Assembly: GCA_950097015.1 (NCBI GenBank) | Contig: CATNEN010000011.1 | Span: 1,488,001 to 1,552,000 of the forward strand | DNA length: 64,000 nt | Origin: Macrostomum hystrix | Taxonomy: Eukaryota; Animalia; Platyhelminthes | Direction: 5' to 3' | Shown: positions 25,301-34,814 of the stretch, piece by piece | Numbering within the stretch: position 1 is the first letter of the stretch | Layout: each line of letters opens with the position of its first letter | Program-made: the position numbers and the translations under genes | The notes under the pieces: generated by a model | What the model was told of the DNA's origin: nothing | What the model saw: only the letters and a program-made list of their open reading frames with translations | Databases searched by the model: none

Positions 25301-25767
25301 ACTCCTTCACTTTCTTTCTCATTTTCTTATTAACGAGCAGAGTACTGTGCCTTGGCCATCGAGGGCGAAAATTGAGTGGCCACACCGAGAAATCGAGCTC
25401 AGGACCTTTGCGCGAGAGGCAAATGCGTTAGACCGCTCTGCGACTTCACCACACCTAAGATATGAGCAAATGTTTTCAACAAAATCGATCACGCATGTAC
25501 CTCTTGTCCATCCAGAAAGAGAATTATGGTAGGATAAGCGTTAACATCGAACGACATGGCGCACTGCTCGTTGGCCGGATTTTCGTCCACAACAAGGACG
25601 CCAAAAGAAACGTCCGATAGGCAGGAGGCCATAACATCAACTAGCGGCTTTGCTCGATTGCACGGTTGGCACCAGGAGGCGCTGAACATGATCACGACTA
25701 GGTGGCCCTGAGACTGTGTAGCTATTGTCTCTTGCAGACTAACCGAGTTTAACGGAATTAGATGCAT
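19346..25767 (-). CDS. NGLY1: Peptide:N-glycanase with Trx-PUB-transglutaminase-PAW-PAW architecture (1024 aa). Exons 25767-25501, 25091-24797, 24290-24058, 23980-23813, 22926-22375, 21561-20831, 20506-20053, 19720-19346
   Basis: All seven introns are GT-AG with matching phases; total 3075 nt open. Motifs: WCQPC (Trx), NILAHPLEVKYRRLK (PUB), two CxxC, GRCGEW / DHVWVE / HVDPCE catalytic triad, ENDWRMVYLSR...AWQKCQLFR (PAW1), VGYLCR...WGQLFR (PAW2). Confidence 0.88.
20575..20740. repeat. Short ~45-50-bp tandem repeat in an NGLY1 intron
   Basis: GAAGTCGTAGGATCGAGGATCT...GTTGTTGAATGTCAAG repeated 3-4 times. Confidence 0.75.
21887..22140 (-). mobile_element. SINE family B copy
   Basis: Reverse complement of the 32804-33115 element. 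Confidence 0.85.
23105..23700. repeat. 30-bp minisatellite (AAGTTACAAAAGCCACAAAAGGGAATCCCA)n in an NGLY1 intron
   Basis: Visible array lying between the GT donor at 23812 and the AG acceptor at 22927. Confidence 0.95.
24393..24671 (-). mobile_element. SINE family B copy
   Basis: Homologous to the other family B copies. Confidence 0.85.
25340..25445 (-). mobile_element. tRNA-like SINE head related to family A
   Basis: Minus strand GCAGAGCGGTCTAACGCATTTGCCTCTCGCGCAAAGGTCCTGAGCTCGATT resembles the head at 15491. Confidence 0.6.
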
Positions 25768-25824
25768 CTGGCGACAGGGCTGGAATCAGAAATTTTTTTG
25801 GCTTAGACAGGACTTTTTAGTTGG

Positions 25825-27690
25825 CCTCAATACATCTGTGTGAGATAGAACAGGCCTAACTATGCCTGTGTGAGATGGAACAGGCCTAACTATGCCTGTG
25901 TGAGATAGAACAGGCCTAACTATGCCTGTGTGAGATAGAACTGGCCTAACTATACCTGTGTGAGACAGAACTGGCCTAACTATACCTGTGTGAGATAGAA
26001 CTGGCCTTAATATACCTGTGTGAGACAGAACTAGCCTAGCTATACCTGTGTGAGATAGAACTGGCCTAACTATACCTGTGTGAGACAGAACTGGCCTAAC
26101 TATACCTGTGTCAGACAGAACTGGCCTAACTATACCTGTGTGAGACAGAACTGGCCTAATTATACGTGGATGAAATAGAACTGGCCTAACTATACCTGTG
26201 TGAGATAGAACTGGCCTAACTATACCTGTGTGAGATAGAACTGGCCTAACTATACCTGTGTGAGACAGAACTGTCCTTACTATACCTGTGTGAGACAGAA
26301 CTGGCCTAACTATACCTGTGTGAGACAGAACTGGCCTAACTATACCTGTGTGAGATAGAACTGGCCTTACTATACCTGTGTGAGATAGAACTGGCCTAAC
26401 TATACCTGTGTGAGATAGAACTGGACTAACTATGCATGTGTGAGATAGAACAGGCCTAACTATGCATGTGTGAGATAGAACAGGCCTAACTATACCTGTG
26501 TGAGATAGAACAGGCCTAACTATACCTGTGTGAGACAGAACTGGCCTAACTATACCTGTGTCAGACAGAACTGGCCTAACTATACCTGTGTGAGATATAA
26601 CTGTCCTTACTATACCTGTGTGAGACAGAACTGGCCTAACTATACCTGTGTGAGATAGAACTGGCCTTAATATACCTGTGTGAGACAGAACTAGCCTAGC
26701 TATACCTGTGTGAGATAGAACTGGCCTAACTATACCTGTGTGAGACAGAACTGGCCTAATTATACGTGGATGAAATAGAACTGTCCTTACTATACCTGTG
26801 TGAGATAGAACTGGCCTAACTATACCTGTGTGAGATAGAACTGGACTAACTATACCTGTGTGAGATAGAACAGGCCTAACTATGCATGTGTGAGATAGAA
26901 CAGGCCTAACTATACCTGTGTGAGATAGAACAGGCCTAACTATACCTGTGTGAGACAGAACTGGCCTAACTATACCTGTGTGAGACAGAACTGTCCTTAC
27001 TATACCTGTGTGAGACAGAACTGGCCTAACTATACCTGTGTGAGACAGAACTGGCCTAACTATACCTGTGTGAGACAGAACTGGCCTAATTATACGTGGA
27101 TGAAATAGAACTGGCCTTACTATACCTGTGTGAGATAGAACTGGCCTAACTATACCTGTGTGAGACAGAAATGGCCTAACTATACCTGTGTGAGACAGAA
27201 CTGGCCTAATTATACGTGGATGAAATAGAACTGGCCTAACTATACCTGTGTGAGACAGAACTGGCCTAACTATACCTGTGTGAGACAGAAATGGCCTAAC
27301 TATACCTGTGTGAGATAGAACTGGCCTTACTATACCTGTGTGAGATAGAACTGGACTAACTATACCTGTGTGAGATAGAACAGGCCTAACTATGCATGTG
27401 TGAGATAGAACAGGCCTAACTATACCTGTGTGAGATAGAACAGGCCTAACTATACCTGTGTGAGACAGAACTGTCCTTACTATACCTGTGTGAGACAGAA
27501 CTGGCCTAACTATACCTGTGTGAGACAGAACTGGCCTAACTATACCTGTGTGAGACAGAACTGGCCTAATTATACGTGGATGAAATAGAACTGGCCTTAC
27601 TATACCTGTGTGAGATAGAACTGGCCTAACTATACCTGTGTGAGATAGAACTGGACTAACTATACCTGTGTGAGATAGAACTGTCCTTAC
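25825..27690. repeat. 30-bp minisatellite (TATACCTGTGTGAGATAGAACTGGCCTAAC), about 62 copies
   Basis: Visible array; source of the spurious 637-aa ORF. It fills the interval between candidate donors at 27706/27690 and the acceptor just before the ATG at 25767. Confidence 0.95.
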
Positions 27691-28145
27691 TTGTTGCAAA
27701 ACCTACCTTTTGATTGCAGTTTCTAATGTAGAAAAACTTTAAATAACAAATTTCATGATTAAAAAACTTTTAAATAGAAATTTGGACGAATATAAATTTG
27801 ACAAAACATCGTAGCTCTTTTAACGCATTCACTCAGTTAAATTTAATCAAACTCCTAGTCCGTAGATGGGTAACACAATTGAAAATAATCTACAAAACAG
27901 ACATTAGCCAAATAGAAAAAATGCAGTAAAAATAGACGAAAATTCTAACGATCTAACTAAATAAATAAACGAAAGTAGATTTCATATTTATTCTAGTTCA
28001 TAGTAAACTATAGTGTTAATATCTTAATTCTTAAGCAAAACAACATAGTAAATATTCTATAACAAGACTAACTGACAATTTTAATAAACGAACATTACTA
28101 ATTGCTAATTACTTATTACTATAGTTAATAATAATAAAACAACAG

Positions 28146-29329
28146 TCAAGGCTGAACAACAATCCAGCCAGACTGCCAAGCGTAGACGCCAAACACTACG
28201 CTTGTGAAGGCTAAGAATAGACCGGCGTTCCTCAACGCTGCACTATTGTCGGACGTGCCCGAACCCGCAGTCGTTGCATCGCCGCCAACGCTGCCCGCGC
28301 CTGTCACGCTGGACGACAACTCAGGAAAATAGGCTCGCTGAATGCGCTGACAAAAATCGATGAGGTTCTTGTGCTGACGCAATTTGCGCAACAAAGCTGG
28401 GGTATCAGAGCCTGCGCCTCCGCTATGATTGGCTGACGAAGCTAGCGGAGCTTTTAACATTGGCCATAGATAGCCGAATATCATGGCGTCTAGACAGCAG
28501 GGCCCGGTGCCGGATACGAAATAGCGCGATTGATCTAGCAGGCGAGATAGCTGCTCTAAGCAATCGATACCGTTGGCTGTTACCTGGGTGTGTAACATAA
28601 TTAAGGACTAAAAAGGGCCGTTTTAACATATTCTTTCACAATAGCCATATTTAATGATTGTACCAGGTGTACAGTTAGTAGTACAAAGAAGTAGCTACAT
28701 ATGTTCAGTTATTCGACTGGAGGAATCGACAGTGATATTTCTACCCATGAAAACTGGCTCTCTAAAAAAGCGAACCCGTGACCTCGGGCCTGAACACAAA
28801 CCTGATGCAAAAGTGCCTCTTCGCTGATTCGCGCTAGATCGTAGCCGAAAGCGTTTAACAAACGCTTCCTAGTAGCGTGATGCTTATAGACAGGATAGAC
28901 TAGAGAACAGGGCAGGCCTACCGCTTGAGCGAATGCCGGCCTAGTTAATCTAGTGTATACTCGAGACTCCAGCCACCATAACTGAGCAACAGCGGGGCCT
29001 AGCCTGGCCCTAGTTGATCGCATCAGGGCAGTCATTCTTACTAACTGATCCTCACTAAAATCATATTCAACTCCGTAATTCTCTTTGCGCAAATAGGCAA
29101 ACAGGCGCTCCAGATTGGCGCCACCTTTGATACAATTGCCGGCGTGTCTAAGGCGAGGAAGCTCAGATAGGCTACTAGGCGAGCTTGTAATTGAAGTGGC
29201 CACAGATGGTCGATTGTGAACTCGAATTTGTACCGGCGCTCCGGAGAATCGAATATAGGCTAGCACCGCTAAACAATCCGGATCTATTGAGGCTGAATCC
29301 CACTGGCTTGGCCAAACTGTTAGCTCCAT
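28146..29329 (-). CDS. Metaxin (MTX1/3-like); exons 29329-28802 and 28583-28146
   Basis: SIDPDCLAVLAYIRF, LFAYLRKEN, CLEQLSRLLDQSRYF..GPCCLDAMIFGYL and a C-terminal TM segment; phase-0 intron. Confidence 0.85.
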
Positions 29330-29519
29330 TCGATGCTGAGAGGAATGAACGACTGGGAATGGCTGCAATGACGGCGTCAGACTGACATATAGAGCATTCT
29401 ACAATAAAGCAATTATCAATTATAATAAGCTGATCCTAAAGCTCGACATCAATTGACATGTTCCGCATCCTGAAGTTAGACATGTCATAAGGCCTCACTT
29501 GATCATCCAGATAGTCTTT

Positions 29520-29835
29520 ACACGTCTTTGATCATGGTAATCATTACACATCTTTGATCAGCATGATGGTCATTACACATATTTGATCACGATGGTCATT
29601 ACAAATCCTTGATCAGCATGATGGTCATTACACACCTTTAATGATGATGGTCATTACACATATTTGATGATGATGGTCATTACACATCTTTGATGATGAT
29701 GGTCATTACACATATTTGATCATGATGGTCATTACATATCTTTAATTATGATGGTCATTACAAATCTTTGATCATGATTAGGTTGGGGGAATCATGTCAT
29801 ATAACGCGTCCCTAATCATGATTGATCATTACAAA
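29520..29835. repeat. ~27-30-bp minisatellite (CATGATGGTCATTACACATATTTGAT)
   Basis: Visible tandem array. Confidence 0.85.
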
Positions 29836-30162
29836 TTCCAAACTTACAGATAACTCCGAACGAGATTAAACTCGAATTTTTCAATCGAAATAACCATGAA
29901 ACAACACATGCTATTAAAGCATTTAACAAGACTTAAAAATGTTTTTGATAACAATATATTTTAGATAAATCAATAAGAAAAATGTAAAAAAGCTTGAAAA
30001 ACGTGAAAAACAGTACTTTGATTTACTTGTTGCCGCAGATGCCTTCTGCATTTTCATCGTCCTTTTTATGCCTCTAAAAATTGTAAATTGAAATACTTAG
30101 TTAAGCATTAATACTATAATGAACTAGAGTGAAAAACAAGATAAGAAAAAAAAAGATAAAAA

Positions 30163-30232
30163 TCAGAACATTTAAATTACTTTTCTCATTTATGCAGCAT
30201 CAATGGTGTAGTATAGATTATGATTGCATCAT
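30163..30232 (-). ncRNA. C/D-box snoRNA candidate, copy 1
   Basis: Box C ATGATGC; guide TCTATACTACACCA; D' TTGA; C' TGAGA; box D CTGA 89 nt from the 3' splice site. Confidence 0.7.
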
Positions 30233-30416
30233 ATATATTCAAGCATACTAACAACTCGAAAAATAATAATTAAAACGTACCAATTCATGCTACTGCTAAC
30301 ATGTTTTCAGCAGTAGTAGAGCATGCCGAAATCTAAAATTGTAAGAATCAGTTGTACTTTTTAAATACTTATCTTCTGGTTAAAAACTCAAACAAACACG
30401 ATACAATATAAAACTG

Positions 30417-30486
30417 TCAGATACATTATTTTTATCAATTGCATATAACATCTAAGGTGTAGTATAGAAATGTTTATTAATATCAT
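30417..30486 (-). ncRNA. C/D-box snoRNA candidate, copy 2
   Basis: Box C ATGATAT; guide TCTATACTACACCT; D' TAGA; C' TGATA; box D CTGA 84 nt from the 3' splice site. Confidence 0.65.
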
Positions 30487-30681
30487 AATTAGATTTCAAC
30501 CACTCAGCAGTTGTGTAGTTTGCATAATTATGTTAAAATTGAAAATCATAAAAAGTACTACTTACTTAGCAGGCAGGAAGACTTTTCCTGTTCATTTTAA
30601 TATCTGAAAGGAAAAAGAACAATTTTTTGAGAAAAATTTGGAAAAATATTTTAATTATTCTTCAACTACGAGTATTACAGT

Positions 30682-30754
30682 TCAGATAAAAATAGCTATT
30701 ATTTCTCATTTATATATTAACGATCAATGGTGTAGTATAGAAAAATGGCATCAT
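30682..30754 (-). ncRNA. C/D-box snoRNA candidate, copy 3
   Basis: Box C ATGATGC; guide TCTATACTACACCA; D' TTGA; C' TGAGA; box D CTGA 78 nt from the 3' splice site. Confidence 0.7.
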
Positions 30755-30936
30755 GTCGGATGTCTATATTGGCAGTTCAAAGGAAGTTATACTGTTATTT
30801 TTACCTCAAAATTGATGGCTCAAGTTAAGCTTGACGTTATTTTTATGCCTGAAATAAAAATAAAAGAGTATGTTTAAAAGGTGACGACAATACGATCATC
30901 TAAAATTATAGACGTACATAGTCGAAAGCAAAAACA

Positions 30937-31011
30937 TCAGTAAATGTAAATTTTTTTCATGGTGGTGATTACCAACATCAAAGGTGTAGTATAGATAAAA
31001 AAATCCATCAT
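30937..31011 (-). ncRNA. C/D-box snoRNA candidate, copy 4
   Basis: Box C ATGATGG; guide TCTATACTACACCT; D' TTGA; C' TGAAA; box D CTGA 88 nt from the 3' splice site. Confidence 0.7.
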
Positions 31012-31061
31012 ACATTTATGCAATTAAATTATCTACTATTTAATAATTAATAATAATAATT

Positions 31062-31353
31062 GATTACACCTGCCCCAATCGGGTCAGATGTGCAGCCGAC
31101 AGCACAGCCGCAGCTAATGCGCGGCGCATCTGAAGGCTGCGTACAGCTGTTCAGTCCATGGACTGGGGGGACGCCACACCACCTTCAATTATCCCAGCTG
31201 ATGCTGGTACCCATTTAACAGCTGGGTGAACTGAAGCAATGCAGAGTTAAGTGTCTTGCTAAAGGACACAAATTGTTCCAGTGGAGACGGGAATCGAACC
31301 CCCGACCTTCAAGTCGTGAGTCCGACGCCCTAACCACTAGGCTACAACCTCTC
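31062..31353 (-). mobile_element. SINE family B, full length, inserted in a snoRNA-host intron
   Basis: tRNA-like head GGTTGTAGCCTAGTGGTTAGGGCGTCGGACTCACGAC...GGTTCGATTCCC, CORE-like domain, (ATT)n tail. Confidence 0.9.
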
Positions 31354-31526
31354 TACTATTTAAAGAACATTGAATGAAGAAACTACATCTTACCAGATGT
31401 TAAAAGTCCATGGCTGCTGTTGAAAATTATCGTCATCTTAATTTGATCTAAAACCGAAATCAATTGTGTATTAGTAAACAGAAATGTCAAAACATAATCC
31501 TAAAAAAACAATAAAAGTTACATTTC

Positions 31527-31597
31527 TCAGTGTCTTCTTTTATTTTTTGTCACTTTAATTTTTTAGATATCAGTGGTGTAGTATAGAAAAGCATCAT
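31527..31597 (-). ncRNA. C/D-box snoRNA candidate, copy 5
   Basis: Box C ATGATGC; guide TCTATACTACACCA; D' CTGA; C' TGACA; box D CTGA 79 nt from the 3' splice site. Confidence 0.72.
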
Positions 31598-31750
31598 TGT
31601 TAAAACAATATACTCTTATTAAAACTTTAAGTCTGAAAACTTACCATCTCGTTAGTAGTAGATTATTTTGATGGCTAATAACAGCTGAAAAAATGTAATA
31701 GGTCACAGATGAAAACCTCAGTTATTTTAAAACGCGCAAACGCGTCTTTT

Positions 31751-31851
31751 TCAGGTCGAGTAAACACACTTCTTTCATGCTAAAATCATTAAAAGGCGTA
31801 ACAAAATATAAAAGAAGTAGTATAACTGCTTCAACTACTTTATTATATCAT
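31751..31851 (-). ncRNA. Degenerate sixth C/D-box candidate
   Basis: ATGATAT ... TTATACTACTTC (9/12 match to the guide) ... ATGATT ... CTGA 66 nt from the 3' splice site; no recognisable D' box. Confidence 0.35.
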
Positions 31852-32117
31852 TTTAGATAGGGCAATAGAGTACAGCTCACAATGTTTATTCAAACAGTTT
31901 ATCTAAAAGAAAAAATGCGCGATTAGAGTTACAAAGAGGCGCAACAAAAGTACGCTCTTATACTACTTAGTATTTTCTGGATACAGTTAAAACAGGCGAA
32001 AATTAAAAAGCACATAGAGAGCGAAGCATTATATACTAATAAAAGTAGGAATTAGTGCTGAATAAACTCTAGTTTAGTTGTAAAAAAATAATGCACGAAA
32101 ACTAACAAGCAATAAAA

Positions 32118-33702
32118 TCAATCAGTTGAGAACACTCTAGAAGCAATATCGTCAATTAGCCAGTCGATGCCTTCTAGCAAGTTTAATCCTGTCACAGCGG
32201 AGCAGCCAAAGATTCTACTGTGATGAGTCTTGACAGAGTCCAATTCCAATGCCGAAGAGATCTGCTCGGCGGTCAAAGCGCCAGGCAGATCTTGTTTATT
32301 GGCAAACACTAGCAGGCTGGCCCCGGCTAGACGTTCTTCGACTAGCAGCTGACCGAATTCCTGAATTTGTTTGTTTTGTACTTTTATTTTAGTTTTTAAT
32401 TCAGCGTCGACAAAATAAAGTCTAAAAACTTTTGTAACCCAGTGATTGGAGCTTTTAAACGCTTTTAAGATCGCAATTACAACAGAGCAAGAAGAGGATA
32501 GAGATTCACCCGAACGCCAACAGAAAGGCTCTATAAGTTTGAAGGGAACTGGTCACTTCTCAAATCCTCGACCCATCGTTCAAGCTTCGCTGCAACATGC
32601 GGGAAGCCATCATGAAACTTGTGCAGGGCGTGTGAGACCAACCAACGGACGAAGTTCATCAGCCATCCGATTTCCTGAAGCTCAGCGTACCTGCTGCCGG
32701 TGCCACAACTCAATGTCAACTCAACTCAGGCGTCAATCAACTGTAAGCAAGACACAACATTCCTCGTACATTAATGTTGTACATCAAGTTACATGAGCAT
32801 ACTAGAGATTGTAGCCTAGTGGTTAGGGCGTCGGACTCACGACATGAAAGTCGGGGGTTCGATTCCCGACTCCACTGGAACAATTTATGCCCTATAGCAA
32901 GATACTTAACTCTGCATTGCTTCAGTTCACCCAGCTGTTAAATGGGTACCAGCATTGGCTGGGATAATTGAAGGTGGATGTGGCGTCCCCCAGTCCATGG
33001 ACTGAACAGCTGTAGGCAGCCTTCAGATGCGCCGCGCAATAGCTGCGGCTGTGCTTTCGGCTGCACATCTGACTCAATTGGGGCAGGTGTAATCAATTAT
33101 AATTATTATCAATTATTATACATTAGCATGGATCCGCAACACGAGGACACATTATAATTTGTTAAGCAGACAATGTCAGAGGACTTGTTATGCGATTCGT
33201 GTCTTTCTACCAATCACAAAATTAAGGCGTACTGGGTAAGCGTACACTCCTTGACGGTAGCAAATCAGGGCAGATGCACACGTCCCCGTGTGTGTGCATA
33301 CCTGCGTACTTATCCGTACGCATAAAAATAATGTACCAGTGCACACACACCCCTGAAAGTAAGTACAAATTATCAGTGGTGAAATGTCACCTGTTTGCAA
33401 TCAGCCATGCGCATCTGATCGGCGCTATCAACCACCCAGACTAGGCCGTCCGTGGCTTCGAAATAGTTGCGCCAATAGGAGCGCAGCGATTTCTGGCCGC
33501 CAACGTCCCACACGTTAAGCCGGAAGCCGCGATGCTCCAGAGTCTTAATTGAAAAGCCCAACGTCGGCGACACTTCGTCAATGTCGTCGCCGTTGAACTT
33601 CTTCACTAGCGTTGTCTTGCCAGCATTGTCCAGGCCGAGAATTAGGATGCGAACTTCTTTCTCTTTCTCTTTTAATTTCTTCAATATAGAATAGAAGCCC
33701 AT
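32118..33702 (-). CDS. ARL2: ADP-ribosylation factor-like protein 2; exons 33702-33391 and 32360-32118 (184 aa)
   Basis: [41 protein letters not shown]; phase-0 intron; length matches ARL2. Confidence 0.93.
32804..33115 (+). mobile_element. SINE family B, full length, in the ARL2 intron
   Basis: tRNA-like head, CORE-like block at 32897-32946, AT-rich tail. Confidence 0.9.
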
Positions 33703-34814
33703 TGCTGGAAAGCCGGTGAATACAAAGACAAATTTGGATATAAATTTGGATGGATACGGTCCTTGGACCGAACAGTTGTCCGCAGACAGGGCTACTAATG
33801 ATTTCTAAGAAACAATGGTGACGGAAACTTTTTGTGTCGTTACGCAACACAGCATAAGATATTATTACATGAAGGTAGCAGTTTATTACATTAATATTAT
33901 TATTACAAATAGCACCCTTGCATAAAATAGCATACATAAAACTATACCGACAAATATATTCATAGACAGTTTTAGTTCACCTAACATGCTGATGTTTCAA
34001 ATAAATAAATAACTAAATCTGCGAACAAAAACAGTTGGCAACAGAATAACAAAAATTAAAAAGAATACGATAACTAAGAAGACAACTAACAAAGCAAATA
34101 TAATCTCTTTCTAATCATTGGCTAAAAAGCAGAGGTAAAACTGTATTGACATATAAGCAGTAAAATATGTAGTAGCATTAGTATCAGACAAGCATTAGTA
34201 GTATGACGAGGATAGTGTCACAAAATAAAACTTACTGCGCTGTTATTTATAAACATTTTCTCAATTGAAAGAGTACTTTATTTAAAATGTCATTGACTGC
34301 TCATCAACAACTTTTACACAGAAAAAACAAAAATGAAGCTTATATCGATTAAATAATGAATTAAAAGAATATATTGCAATCCACAGCCATAATACGAAGT
34401 ATAAGTAAGGGTCAACAACAAGTATTTGACTCACTAATATTCAACAAATATACTACTTCTTCGACCAGAAAAATATACTGTTTTCGATTAAATTGAAAAA
34501 TTAAATTAAATCAAAGTAAATATTAATGAACTTTTAAACAATCTATTGTTCCTAGCTATTGTCTCGCTAGTTCATTTAAATACTGCCTACAAAGGCCCAG
34601 TCCATGTACTGGGGAGATGTCATCACTCAATTTCAGATCAGAGTTAAGTGCCATGAAAATTCAGTTACTTAAGGAAAGGTTACTTAAGAAAATGTACCCT
34701 TTTTGTTACATTTTTAAATGGCTTTTAAATAAACAAACACAGTGACCATAAAAAGGAAAGACGGCCAGCTGAGTACAAATATATCATATAGTAAATATTG
34801 AAAAGCGTTCCGCC

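Larger units (their letters stand above)
30027..31902 (-). ncRNA. Putative non-coding snoRNA host gene. Micro-exons 31902-31881, 31684-31645, 31447-31394, 30848-30805, 30603-30566, 30332-30281, 30073-30027
   Basis: Each 22-54-nt exon has a polypyrimidine-AG acceptor and a GTRAG-like donor. The ATG-initiated frames checked in the joined exons terminate within a few tens of codons. One C/D-box candidate per intron. Confidence 0.7.

Noticed and set aside
25786-27699. 637-aa ORF (VRPVLSHTGI)n
   Set aside because: Translation of a stop-free 30-bp minisatellite; it lacks the acceptor-ATG context of the true Trx exon at 25767.
32804-32880. Apparent tRNA genes (Val/His-like here, Gln-like at 39615, Arg-like at 19093)
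   Set aside because: The heads lack a proper acceptor stem and Pol III terminator; those at 32804 and 39615 continue into SINE bodies with AT-rich tails, and 19093 is degenerate.
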